A stretch of DNA of 63,988 nt, counting the filler, from Octopus bimaculoides (Eukaryota), in assembly GCF_001194135.2 (NCBI RefSeq). It is 6 parts of 5 records of this genome, joined end to end, with 100 filler letters (N's around TTAATTAATTAA, not from the genome) between each part and the next. Parts side by side here need not be neighbours in the genome. Positions count along the whole stretch, not along the records: positions 23,013 to 44,845 come from NC_069010.1; 5 more parts are not named here. One strand, written 5' to 3'. The notes beneath the pieces were generated by a model that was given only the letters and a program-made list of their open reading frames with translations, was not told the origin of the DNA and ran no database searches. Below, piece by piece: positions 26,077 to 38,080 of this stretch (position 1 is its first letter; each line of letters opens with the position of its first letter). The position numbers and the translations under genes are program-made.

Positions 26077-26952
26077 AATAAAATAAAGAGAAAAAGTTAA
26101 GATGGAAGTTAAAATTAAAATACGAAGAAAAATTATAATAATAGTAATAATATAGTGATTGGAAAAATATTGGAAAAATATAGCGATTGGAGAAATTTCA
26201 AGTCTATCTACTTGTGTAAATTATATGTCATTGGACAACTTCTACCCCTATTTTAATTGTTCAGGGAGTGTTATATGAAGTTAAAAGAGTCTAGGTTCCT
26301 CTTCACTAATGATTACTAGTATAATCTTACTATAAACATTATTGGAGTTATTAGTGTTAGCTAATTGGATCTATGTGTGAAGTAGTGTTATTCGAAAATG
26401 TTACAGTCAGTGACGAAATTGTTTAGATATGTTCTTTATAAATAAGTCTAAGTCCTCGGATTATTAAATATGTGTGTACTATATGGGGTCAGAATCTAGC
26501 TAGGCGAAAGCAAACCGAATTAGTAAGTATTTGGGGGTAAGCCCAGGAGTTGTTAAGTCAATGTCTAAATAGTGGCAGGAGGGAGCAGATAAGGGAATTT
26601 CCAATGAGAGAAGATCATGAAATGATTAAAAATCGATAATGGAGACTCAAGGCTTATAGTATTTAAAGGTTTTAGTCAGTTTATGCATACAAGTTGGTTT
26701 GAATTCCGATCTTTTATTAACTAGCTTGTCCTTATCAGGGAATCTAATGATTTTGAAGAGTTAATAAAATAGGGGTATAGTAGAAGTTGCCCAATGACAT
26801 ATAATTTACACAAGTAGATAGACTTGAAATTTCTCCAATCACTATATTTTTCCAATCACTATCTTATTACTATAATATTATTTACTATTATTATAATCTT
26901 TCTTCGTATTTTCATTTTAACTTCCATCTTAACTTTTTCTTTTTATTTTATT
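26077..26952 (-). mobile_element. Fold-back Penelope-like remnant: about 180-bp inverted arms around a GIY-YIG C-terminus and AT-rich 3' region
   Basis: Arms at 26077-26255 and 26765-26952 are reverse complements with small indels. Minus strand 26760-26647 encodes LFKIIRFPDKDKLVNKRSEFKPTCMHKLTKTFKYYKP*, matching the PLE endonuclease end (LLNKRSE....C.H). Confidence 0.7.
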
Positions 26953-27220
26953 TTTTACATTTTCACTTTACTTTTAACCCCTTCGTTTTATGTTTACCTC
27001 TTTATAACCTATTATTATTTATCTTTTGAGGTATCTAATCATGTACCTTTTATGTATTTCCAAATATATTCGATCGGTGTTGATATTTTTAATATTTTAC
27101 ATTCTTCTGATATCGCCGATTTATTCTCTCAGTACTACTTCTCATGCTCTTTCACTATTATATACATATTTTTTTATGATTCTTGATTTTAAAAAAAATG
27201 ATTCTTATAAAACTCTATTC

Positions 27221-27322
27221 GGATCTAGTTCAAAACGGAGGCACTGACACATTCTACCAGTGTCCCAAGTTTCAAAGTGTTTCGTTAAGAAAATACTGGT
27301 GCCCCCGTTTTGAACTAGATCC
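27221..27322. mobile_element. Mini inverted-repeat element (24-bp TIRs)
   Basis: GGATCTAGTTCAAAACGGAGGCAC (27221-27244) vs GTGCCCCCGTTTTGAACTAGATCC (27299-27322), 1 mismatch. Confidence 0.7.
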
Positions 27323-28242
27323 CTATAGAACCTTATATCTATATCAATTATTTCACTTATTGTTAATTTGCTGATCTCTTTTATCACTTCTATTTATTCC
27401 CTTTTTTTAAATCATTTCCCTTATTGATCATCCCTCATTTCAACTTGTTACTTAATGCCAGATCTATTGGATTTGACACAGACAGATCTAAAAAAATTAG
27501 TTTTTAATTTTTAAATATACGTAACTCATTCTATTGAGAATAGTATATTAAATATAACTGTTACGTTCTCAAATACAAGATATACACTTGTAAGGTGCAT
27601 TGTATGTGTGTATACATGGATGTACGTGCGTGCATGGATCCGGATACTATGCATGGAGATATATCTATATCTGTACGTGTGCTTAACGATATGTGGATAT
27701 ATGAGTGTATGTATATGGTTACTAGGGTGTAACTGTAAGATATGTGTGAAGATATATGTGTATATTCATGTATGTAGAGCTATGCATAACGGGGCGTCCG
27801 TGTATACTCTCGAGCAGGTTAGCGGATGTATCTGGATGAGTGCGTGTATATACACACATGTACATATACTATGACTTCTAAGTAAGTGTATGTACCCATA
27901 GAGAGTGGGTGTGCGTGTATACCAGTTGTAACCCATGGAAATTCCACGGTTATTTTGAAAATTGTAACATATATACATGCATACAAACTCACACACACAT
28001 ACATATGTATTACACGCAAGTCGTTGTAAACATCTCTTAGAAGTCGAAAATTCAATGCACTTGAAAGATAATGAGGATTCCCACACAGTTTCTACTGTGG
28101 AAACGAAACTACGGGTTCAATTTATTGCACAATTTCAGTAACTAATCAGATAATTGATTTATCGCTTCCCTGGATCGATATAGAAATGAGAAAGTGTACC
28201 AGCCTCGTTATGTTTAATTATTATATATGTATATATTTTATG

Positions 28243-28563
28243 GGTACTACTAAAGCAGCGCGAACCCGAACGCGCAGTCGCGCGTCCGCGCTAGATAGTC
28301 GTGAGTGGTCGATCCTAACCCTAACCCTATTCCTAACCCTAACCCTAACCCTAAACACGTATTCATTTGCACACGCGGGTTAGGGTTAGGGTTAGGGATA
28401 GGGTTAGGGTTAGGGACAGAGTTAGGGTTAGGGTTAGGGTTACGGACAGGGTTAGGGTTAGGGTTAGGGATAGGGTTAGGGTTAGGGTTAGGATCGACCA
28501 CTCAAGACTAGCTAGCGCGGACGCGCGACTGCGCGTTCGGGTCCGCGCTGCTTTAGTAGTACC
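28243..28563. mobile_element. Non-autonomous TIR element (MITE-like) with internal telomeric arrays and a 26-bp flanking direct repeat
   Basis: 73-bp inverted repeats at 28243-28315 and 28491-28563 (3 mismatches), 6 TAACCC-type hexamers at 28316-28351, a 25-bp spacer, and 19 GGGTTA-type hexamers at 28377-28490. Identical ATTATTATATATGTATATATTTTATG at 28217-28242 and 28564-28589. Confidence 0.85.
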
Positions 28564-29139
28564 ATTATTATATATGTATATATTTTATGTATCCATTCAC
28601 GATTTCCTCTTCTTTACAATGTTTAGTATTATTCTTCTACCTTGATACCCAAAGCTGGTGCTCGTTTTTTTTATCCAATTCTCGATGTTACAAAATTGTT
28701 GATATGAAATCGTGTGTTAAGAGTTATTCCCCCTGAACCGTTCCCATCTAAGTTCTAATTGCATTTTTCTCCGTTCTGTCATCCTACTAAATTTTTCTTG
28801 GAAGATTATTAATAAAAGTTTAAATTAACTCTGTTATACCAAATATATTAATAAGGACATGTTTCCTCAGCTCCAGACGGAAATTAATCTTGAAACTCAG
28901 AGAAGAAACAAAACGAGCAGTCGTTAACCAGAATACCTTTAATAAATTTATCAAAACGAAAACCAATTTGAGGAAAAACACTTTTCAAAAAATAAAACCA
29001 TAAAAAACAGTAAAAAAAAAAAACAAAAAAAAACACGCAGAGCTTCAACTCTATGAAATTTATATGCATGTATAAACGTATGTGTATATAATTTATGCGT
29101 GTGTGTATTATAATTCTGTGTTCGTTCTTTTTTACGTTT

Positions 29140-29680
29140 AGCGTCAGTTAGAGAGAAAAGCCTCTTGGCTAACACCTTGACCAAAATCTTCAACTCTGCA
29201 TTGTGCAGAGTGATGGGCCTGAAATTCTCTATAACGTCCCCCTTGTCTGGGTCCTTTGTCAGCATTTCCACTAACCCATGACAGTTGTAGCAGATATTTG
29301 CTAAAAGGCCTCCAAACAAGTCTGGCATAAAAACATGAAGCTTGTAGGGCAAGCCATCCAAACATGGCGATCTACCTCTCATTCAGCCCTTCATCACATC
29401 CCATACTTCCACGGCTGTTATCAGCCTTTTGCAACACTCCGCCTCACCCACCAAGAGTCACGGCAGGCTCTCCAGGTAGATGCTGAAATCTGCCCTGCTA
29501 TCCGTCCCACTGCTTGTCCCAAACAGTCAAGCAAAGTGTCGTTGAAAAGCTAAAAATAGCAGCCAAATCTCTTTCAAATTATGCCTCCCTCTGCCACCGT
29601 CGTCTTAGAATAGAGCACGTTAATTAATGTGGTTCTGCACGTCACGGATGGAATCGTTACAGCTGGAATGTCTTTGATCA
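29140..29680 (-). mobile_element. L1/Tx1-clade LINE, degenerate RT N-terminal region
   Basis: GRSPCLDGLPYKL...MPDLFG...KDPDKGDVIENFRPITLHNAELKILVKVLAKRL (SPG.DG and RPI.LLN.D.KIL.K.LA.RL motifs). Confidence 0.85.
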
Positions 29681-30819
29681 CAGATCTACTGAATGACGGT
29701 TGTTGTGGAGTTGAACAAGAAAATATAACCCATTCTCGCTGATCTTAATTAAAATCTTCAACACCACGACCACCATCGCTAGCATCACAACCACTATCAA
29801 CACCACCACCATCACTACCACCACCATAACCGTAATCACCATCACCACAAACACCACCACTATCAACACCGCCACCAACACCACCATCATTGCTACTATC
29901 ATGAACACCAACACCAACACCACCACCACCAACAGCAACACTACCACCACCACCACTACAGCCACCAGCTACAACACTACCACCCACCACCATCACCACC
30001 ACCACCACACCAACGATAACTCTACCACCAGCACCACCAACACCAACACTGCCAACAATGATAATCTATATATCTGTGTTTGTGTGTGTGTGTGTGTGTT
30101 TCTGTGTGTCTGTGTTTGTGTGTGTGTGTGTGTGTTCCATCACAATATGAACTATATCTGGTTATGCCTGCCATCCATCCATCCATCCATCCAGCACATC
30201 TGTCTCTTACACACAACTTGCTTCTCTCTCTCTCTCTCTCTCTCTCCCTTTTTTACATATCATTCTGTATCTTCCTCCCCCACCTCGCCCCTACTGTTTC
30301 ACCTGATATGAAATATCTGTCTTGTATACTACTCACAACACCTCCTATTGCTACTCCCTCCAACAACCAGAACCCTAAAGCCTCTTCTTCTTTTTTTCTC
30401 ACCNNNNNNNNNNNNNNNNNNNNNNNNNNNNNNNNNNNNNNNNNNNNNNNNNNNNNNNNNNNNNNNNNNNNNNNNNNNNNNNNNNNNNNNNNNNNNNNNN
30501 NNNNNNNNNNNNNNNNNNNNNNNNNNNNNNNNNNNNNNNNNNNNNNNNNNNNNNNNNNNNNNNNNNNNNNNNNNNNNNNNNNNNNNNNNNNNNNNNNNNN
30601 NNNNNNNNNNNACTAGAAAAGCATTGTACTAGCAACTGTTGTTCTTGCTGTTCTTGTTCTAAAAATACCCATCTGCCAGTCTGTCTATTTGTCTGTCTGT
30701 CTAACATCTTTCATGGTATACTACCATATAATTCTTTGTCTCGCTGTTTCTGTGAGGTCCCTGCCCCACACACACACACATAAACACACTCTGTCTCTAT
30801 GGATATATATATTCTTTTA

Positions 30820-30985
30820 TTCTTTTTAGTCGAAGTAAACAGACCCCAGAACTTATTCTTCGTAAGCCTTGTACTTATTCTATTGGTCTCTTTTGCTGAA
30901 CTGCTACGTTACATGGAGGTAAACATACCAACATCGGTTGTCAAGCGATGGTGGGGTGGGGTGGGGGACAAACACAGACACACAA
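30820..30985 (-). mobile_element. SINE family A fragment
   Basis: CCCCAGAACTTATTCTTCGTAAGCC...GGTTGTCAAGCGATGGTGGGG...GGACAAACACAGAC. Confidence 0.75.
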
Positions 30986-31014
30986 ATACATACATCATCA
31001 TCGTCGTCGTCGTC

Positions 31015-31990
31015 ATTTAACGTCTGCTTTCCATGCTGGCATGGGTTGGACGGTTTGACTGAGGACTGGCAAACCAGAAGGCTGCACCAGGCTCCAATCT
31101 GATCAGGTAAAGTTTCTGCAGCTGGATGCCCTTCCTAACGCCAACCACTCCAAGAGTGTAGTGGGTGCTTTTTATGTGCCTGACTGGCATGGGAGCCAGT
31201 CAGGTGGTTCTGGCAATGACCACGCTCAAAAGGTGTTTTTTTACATGTTACCTGCATTGGCAACGACCATGCTTGAATGTTGTTTTTTTCATATGCCAGT
31301 TAGGTGATGCTGGCAACAATCACACTCGAATGCTGCTTTTTACGTGCCACCAGCACATGAGCCAATCAGCAGCCCTGGCAGCGACACGCTCAGATGGTGC
31401 TTTTAACATTACTGGCACGAGTGCCAATCAGTTGGTACTGTCATCGGCCATGTCAGTGATTTTGATTTTGATTTCACTTGCCTCAACAGGTCTTCGCAAG
31501 CAAAGCTTATTGTCCAATGAATGGGGGGTACTCATAACTGGGCTGGTTACACCCATTGGCATAGGCCACGGGTTATGGTCTCACTTGGCTTGTCAGGTCT
31601 TCTCACACGCATCATATCTCCAAAGGTCTCAGTCACTAGTGATTGTCTCGGTAAGGCCCAATGTTCGAAGGTCATGCTTCACCACCTCATCCCAGGTCTT
31701 CCTGGGTCTACCTCTTCCACAGGTTCCCTCAACAGCTAGGGTGTGACACTTTTTCACACAGCTGTCCTCATTCATTCGCAAAACATGAACATAACAGAAC
31801 AGTCGTCTCTCTTGCACAGCGTATCTGATACTTCTTAAATCCAGCTTTTCACTCAAGGCACTAACACTCTGTCGAGTATGCACACTGGCGTTACACATCC
31901 GGCGGAGCATACTGGCTTCATTCCTTGCAAGTTTACACATGTCCTCAGCAATCATGGCCCATGTTCCACTGACATGTAGCATGGCTGTTT
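31015..31990 (-). mobile_element. RTE-clade LINE 3' end (ORF C-terminus and 3' UTR ending in GAT/GAC repeats)
   Basis: ORF 31629-31982: RNEASMLRRMCN...QERRLFCYVHVLRMNEDSCVKKC...GRGRPRKTWDEVVKHDL; 31015-31500 is the reverse complement of the 3' UTR at 37445-37900. Confidence 0.9.
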
Positions 31991-31999
31991 ATACACATG

Positions 32000-32034
<35 letters not shown>

Positions 32035-32350
32035 NNNNNNNNNNNNNNNNNNNNNNNNNNNNNNNNNNNNNNNNNNNNNNNNNNNNNNNNNNNNNNNNNN
32101 NNNNNNNNNNNNNNNNNNNNNNNNNNNNNNNNNNNNNNNNNNNNNNNNNNNNNNNNNNNNNNNNNNNNNNNNNNNNNNNNNNNNNNNNNNNNNNNNNNNN
32201 NNNNNNNNNNNNNNNNNNNNNNNNNNNNNNNNNNNNNNNNNNNNNNNNNNNNNNNNNNNNNNNNNNNNNNNNNNNNNNNNNNNNNNNNNNNNNNNNNNNN
32301 NNNNNNNNNNNNNNNNNNNNNNNNNNNNNNNNNNNNNNNNNNNNNNNNNN

Positions 32351-32387
<37 letters not shown>

Positions 32388-32394
32388 ATATATG

Positions 32395-32427
<33 letters not shown>

Positions 32428-32885
32428 ATATGTGTGTATGTATATACATACATATATGTATATATGTGTTTGTGTGTGGGGTGTGTATTTCTACTTTTGC
32501 CCTTCTAGAAATTTTGAAGACTTTCCTTCCATTATAACATTCTTGTACTTTCTCATCTCTGCCACCACCATCACCACCACCACCACCACCACCATCCACA
32601 CTTCTTACACCCTCCCCTCCCTCCTCTCTCTCTCTCTCTCACTCATATTCATTCAGGCTCACTCATTCACATCTTTATCTCCGCCACCCCCCACTTCCCT
32701 CTCTACCTACCTCTTTCACTATCTCTCACTGCCACTGTCCCTCCTCTACCCTACCCCCCACGGCAGAAACACATACACACACATACTCATTTATGTACTA
32801 TCACCCAATCTCTCTATACCCAGCTTACCAATTCTTCCTCTCTCTCTCTTCCTCTCACTGTCTATCTCTCTCTCAACCTTTTCCT

Positions 32886-32919
<34 letters not shown>

Positions 32920-33407
32920 CTCTCTACCTCTACCTTTCTCTTACCATCCATCTCTTTATTGTCTATTGTTTTACTTCTTTGTTTCCGTTGTTTATTATGT
33001 TATTCTTTCATTTCTGTTTTGTTTTGTTTTGTTCTTTGGATTTTGTTTTTGTTTTTGCTTTGTATTGCTTATCTTTTCTATTTTCCTGTTGTTTTGAAAT
33101 AGTTCTATCAGGTAACAACTACGTCAATATCAGGTAACAACAACAACAACAACAAAATAAAACAAAATACACATCAAAACCAAAACCAACAACAACAACA
33201 ACAGCAACGTTATCCACTATCACCACCACCACCACCACGACCATCAACAACAACCACAACAACAGCAAAAACAACATCAACAGGGGTAGTAGTCCAACCA
33301 ACAGCAGCTCCAGTAATAAGCAGCAGGAATCTTGAGTTAGTGCAGTATTGAGAGAGTTAGAGTAACCACAAGAACAGTAGCAACAAGAATAACAATAACA
33401 ACAACAA

Positions 33408-33414
33408 CAACAAC

Positions 33415-33465
<51 letters not shown>
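33408..33465. repeat. (CAA)n-(TAA)n microsatellite
   Basis: Directly visible. Confidence 0.9.
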
Positions 33466-33729
33466 TGTAACAACAGTAGAACTTGAGATTCTATTCAAAA
33501 CAAATCTGTGAATTTGCATCGCTTGGAGGTTTATATTCCTGTTTTTCCAACACAGCAGGTATGTAATAGGTGTGTTTATATATGTATATATATATGATAC
33601 ATGATGCATATACATAAGACATGAACACATACATACAAACATATGTACATGCGTACATACATACACACTTATAAAAATACATATAATATACATACATGTA
33701 TTACATATACGTATGTTGCTATGCGGGCT

Positions 33730-33766
<37 letters not shown>

Positions 33767-34468
33767 GTGTTCACTTGTTTCAGCTTTATTTTATAGTAAT
33801 TGTATTATGTAAATAGATGTGTGTATACATATTGTAAAACGGAACTGTTTTACATTATATAAATTAAAACTTCTTTCTGTTTTGCCTTTACCACTTTGCT
33901 ACTGTGCTGCAAATTTTCAATGTCAATTACATTTATTTCAGCTTTTGTAGTAATACAAGACTACTGTAACATTTCTTTACATAATCTCCAGCTTGCTTTA
34001 CTAACTACTCCCAAATTGCATGGATTCATATATATCATCATCGTCATCATTATCATTTAATGTCCATTGTCCATGCTGGCATGGGTTGGACAGTTTGACC
34101 GGGCTGGCATGCTGGAAGGCTGTGCCAAAGTGTATGGTATAACATATCCATTACGCCCAATCTTACCAAATGGTTTCGCACTTGGGAAATTAGGTAATAA
34201 CCTGGTTACGTAACCCTGTGCTCTTCAGAGTTGGCATTTATGGGAGAAAACATGCCAACTGCTCTCTATTTTTGGAGGTGAAAAGACACGTCTAGTTTGT
34301 GATTGGTGTGCAAAAAGACGAGTTATGGGTTATGTCCCTTGCCACCAAAATGGGCCACTTAATGTAACCCTTGGTCAGTTTGTTTTAGATGCACCTCATT
34401 GGATATATATTATACTTCGATTAATATACCTACACTACTGACAAATATATGAGTGCATATTTTTACAT

Positions 34469-34533
<65 letters not shown>

Positions 34534-35291
34534 GGATGAAGGGATGATTATTGAATGGTTATTATTTTGATACTATGATATTTTTTAATAATTTTTCTAT
34601 CTTTATATAATAAGTATTTCATATTAATTCATTTGGTACTTATTGTTGGTTGAGATATATATATCTAATTATTGTTCTACTTACGATCTGACGNNNNNNN
34701 NNNNNNNNNNNNNNNNNNNNNNNNNNNNNNNNNNNNNNNNNNNNNNNNNNNNNNNNNNNNNNNNNNNNNNNNNNNNNNNNNNNNNNNNNNNNNNNNNNNN
34801 NNNNNNNNNNNNNNNNNNNNNNNNNNNNNNNNNNNNNNNNNNNNNNNNNNNNNNNNNNNNNNNNNNNNNNNNNNNNNNNNNNNNNNNNNNNNNNNNNNNN
34901 NNNNNNNNNNNNNNNNNNNNNNNNNNNNNNNNNNNNNNNNNNNNNNNNNNNNNNNNNNNNNNNNNNNNNNNNNNNNNNNNNNNNNNNNNNNNNNNNNNNN
35001 NNNNNNNNNNNNNNNNNNNNNNNNNNNNNNNNNNNNNNNNNNNNNNNNNNNNNNNNNNNNNNNNNNNNNNNNNNNNNNNNNNNNNNNNNNNNNNNNNNNN
35101 NNNNNNNNNNNNNNNNNNNNNNNNNNNNNNNNNNNNNNNNNNNNNNNNNNNNNNNNNNNNNNNNNNNNNNNNNNNNNNNNNNNNNNNNNNNNNNNNNNNN
35201 NNNNNNNNNNNNNNNNNNNNNNNNNNNNNNNNNNNNNNNNNNNNNNNNNNNNNNNNNNNNNNNNNNNNNNNNNNNNNNNNNNNNNNNNNNN

Positions 35292-35344
<53 letters not shown>

Positions 35345-37068
35345 CTTTATATGTATGTATATATATGTATATGGGAAAGAAGGGGCAAGTGTATTCTGGC
35401 AATCAGAGTGACATGAGGTGATGATGGGCAGTATGAGTGGTGAAGCAGAAGGTAGAGTGATCTAGGCATTTGTGATTCCATGTAATCTATATGCAAAGCA
35501 TGAGAAGGATTCAGGGAACATGAAAGTTTGTGCGCCATCAAATAGCACAAAGGACAGGATAAGAATAGGAATGATAAAATCCTTATTTACACAGCAAACA
35601 GGAGAGATCCTTTGTGAATATACATGTCTGTGTGTAGGTGTGTGTTTCGACAACAGGTTTCTTTTGGTGACCCTCTACCAGGTCCTTTGGCAGTGCTGTT
35701 ATGGCAGACACTTGTCTGAGCAGCTGTGTGGTGGGGGCAGAGCCCTGATCCACATAGCTGGATGGTGTGGTAAACTTCTTTATCACACTCAGTCAACACC
35801 TGCACCTATAATTCTGTCTTCCACTATATGTATAATATATATATATGTATATGTATAACGTGAGAGAGTTAGGGGTTGGGGGTTCAACCCACTAAGGGAT
35901 AGTATCTATCCAGTATACTGCTGGGAGGGTACCCAATTATTGCTACACTAGTGCTATACTAGGTGCAATCAATGGGAGCGGGTAAAAGTGGAGGTTTTAC
36001 CCAAAATTTGTGTAACAATTAGAAAATGGAGGATATATATATATATACACACACACATATATATACATACATTTATATACATACACATATATATACACAT
36101 TTATATATATACATACACACATATATACACATTTATATATATATACATACATATATACACACATGTACATACATATATATACACACATATATATATATAT
36201 NNNNNNNNNNNNNNNNNNNNNNNNNNNNNNNNNNNNNNNNNNNNNNNNNNNNNNNNNNNNNNNNNNNNNNNNNNNNNNNNNNNNNNNNNNNNNNNNNNNN
36301 NNNNNNNNNNNNNNNNNNNNNNNNNNNNNNNNNNNNNNNNNNNNNNNNNNNNNNNNNNNNNNNNNNNNNNNNNNNNNNNNNNNNNNNNNNNNNNNNNNNN
36401 NNNNNNNNNNNNNNNNNNNNNNNNNNNNNNNNNNNNNNNNNNNNNNNNNNNNNNNNNNNNNNNNNNNNNNNNNNNNNNNNNNNNNNNNNNNNNNNNNNNN
36501 NNNNNNNNNNNNNNNNNNNNNNNNNNNNNNNNNNNNNNNNNNNNNNNNNNNNNNNNNNNNNNNNNNNNNNNNNNNNNNNNNNNNNNNNNNNNNNNNNNNN
36601 NNNNNNNNNNNNNNNNNNNNNNNNNNNNNNNNNNNNNNNNNNNNNNNNNNNNNNNNNNNNNNNNNNNNNNNNNNNNNNNNNNNNNNNNNNNNNNNNNNNN
36701 NNNNNNNNNNNNNNNNNNNNNNNNNNNNNNNNNNNNNNNNNNNNNNNNNNNNNNNNNNNNNNNNNNNNNNNNNNNNNNNNNNNNNNNNNNNNNNNNNNNN
36801 NNNNNNNNNNNNNNNNNNNNNNNNNNNNNNNNNNNNNNNNNNNNNNNNNNNNNNNNNNNNNNNNNNNNNNNNNNNNNNNNNNNNNNNNNNNNNNNNNNNN
36901 NNNNNNNNNNNNNNNNNNNNNNNNNNNNNNNNNNNNNNNNNNNNNNNNNNNNNNNNNNNNNNNNNNNNNNNNNNNNNNNNNNNNNNNNNNNNNNNNNNNN
37001 NNNNNNNNNNNNNNNNNNNNNNNNNNNNNNNNNNNNNNNNNNNNNNNNNNNNNNNNNNNNNNNNNNNN

Positions 37069-37900
37069 AGAGGTATCAAGTTGTTGGATCAGGTAATGAA
37101 AGTCACGGAGAGGGTCATAGCTCAACTGGTTAGGGAGCGAGTCAGTTTAGATGAGATGCAGTTTGGGTTCGTGCCTGGGAAAAGCACCACTGATGCTATA
37201 TTTCTGGTAAGACAGCTTCAGGAGAAATACCTAGCCAAAGATAAACCTCTGTACCTGGCTTTCGTTGATATGGAGAAAGCCTTTGACAGGGTCCCCTGCT
37301 CTCTTATCTGGTGGTCAATGAGGAAACTAGGGATAGAAGAATGGTTAGGGAGAGCTATGCAAGCCATGTACGGGGACGCTGTCAGTAAGGTGAGGGCTGG
37401 CAACAAGTACAGTGAAGAATTTCGGTAGAGATAAATTCAATAAATGGCACCTGTGCCAGTGGAGCGCTAACAGCACCATCCGAGCATGATCATTGCCAGA
37501 GCAGCTGTCTGGCTTCCATGCCAGTGGCGCATAAATAGCACCATAGTGCGTGATCATTACCAGTGTCGCCTTACTGGCACTTCTGCCAGTGGCATGTGAA
37601 AAAACATTCGAGCGAGGTTATTGCCAGTGCCGCTGGACTGGCTCCTGTGCAGGTGGTACATAAAAAACACCATTTTGAGCGTGGTCGTTGCCAGGACCCC
37701 CTGACTGGCCCTCATGCCATTGGTACGTAAAAGCACCCACTACACTCTCGCGGAGTGGTTGGCGTTAGGAAGGGCACCCAGCTGTAGAAACTCTGCCAGA
37801 TCAGATTGGAGCCTGGTGCAGCCATCTGGTTCGCCAGTCCACACTCAAATCATCCAACCCATGCCAGCATGGAAAGCGGACGTTAAACGATGATGATGAT
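37069..37900 (+). mobile_element. RTE-clade LINE, RT fragment joined directly to the 3' UTR (internal deletion)
   Basis: RGIKLLDQVMKVTERVI...QFGFVPGKSTTDAIFLVRQLQEKY...AFVDMEKAFDRVP at 37069-37425, then 3' UTR ending GGACGTTAAACGATGATGATGATG. Confidence 0.9.
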
Positions 37901-37904
37901 GACA

Positions 37905-38080
37905 ATCAATGTTGGCGTGTTTATGTCCCTATAACTTAGCAGTTCAGCAAAAGAGACCGACAGAATAAGTACTAAGCTTACAAAAAGTAAGTCCTGGGGT
38001 CGATTGCTCCAACTAAAAGGCCTTAAAGGTGGCTCTCCAGCATGGCCCCAATCAAATAACTGAAACAAGTAAAACAATAA
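37905..38080 (+). mobile_element. SINE family A, 3' body and tail
   Basis: GCAAAAGAGACCGACAGAATAAGTACT...GGGGTCGATT...AAAGGTGGCTCTCCAGCATGGCC...CTGAAACAAGTAAAA. Confidence 0.8.

Noticed and set aside
26260-26760. AT-rich stretch that at first looked like a mitochondrial insertion
   Set aside because: No mitochondrial gene recognised; the minus strand encodes a Penelope endonuclease C-terminus.
28316-28490. Chromosome end or telomere-fusion scar
   Set aside because: Arrays are short, internal, enclosed by TIRs, and oriented CCCTAA then TTAGGG; a fusion gives TTAGGG then CCCTAA.
34204-34265. 12-bp palindrome GGTTACGTAACC and a 9-bp stem AGTTGGCAT/ATGCCAACT
   Set aside because: Short enough to arise by chance in 64 kb; no supporting context.
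35580-35800. Possible RTE C-terminal remnant (GPGRGSPKETC)
   Set aside because: Similarity too weak to call by eye.
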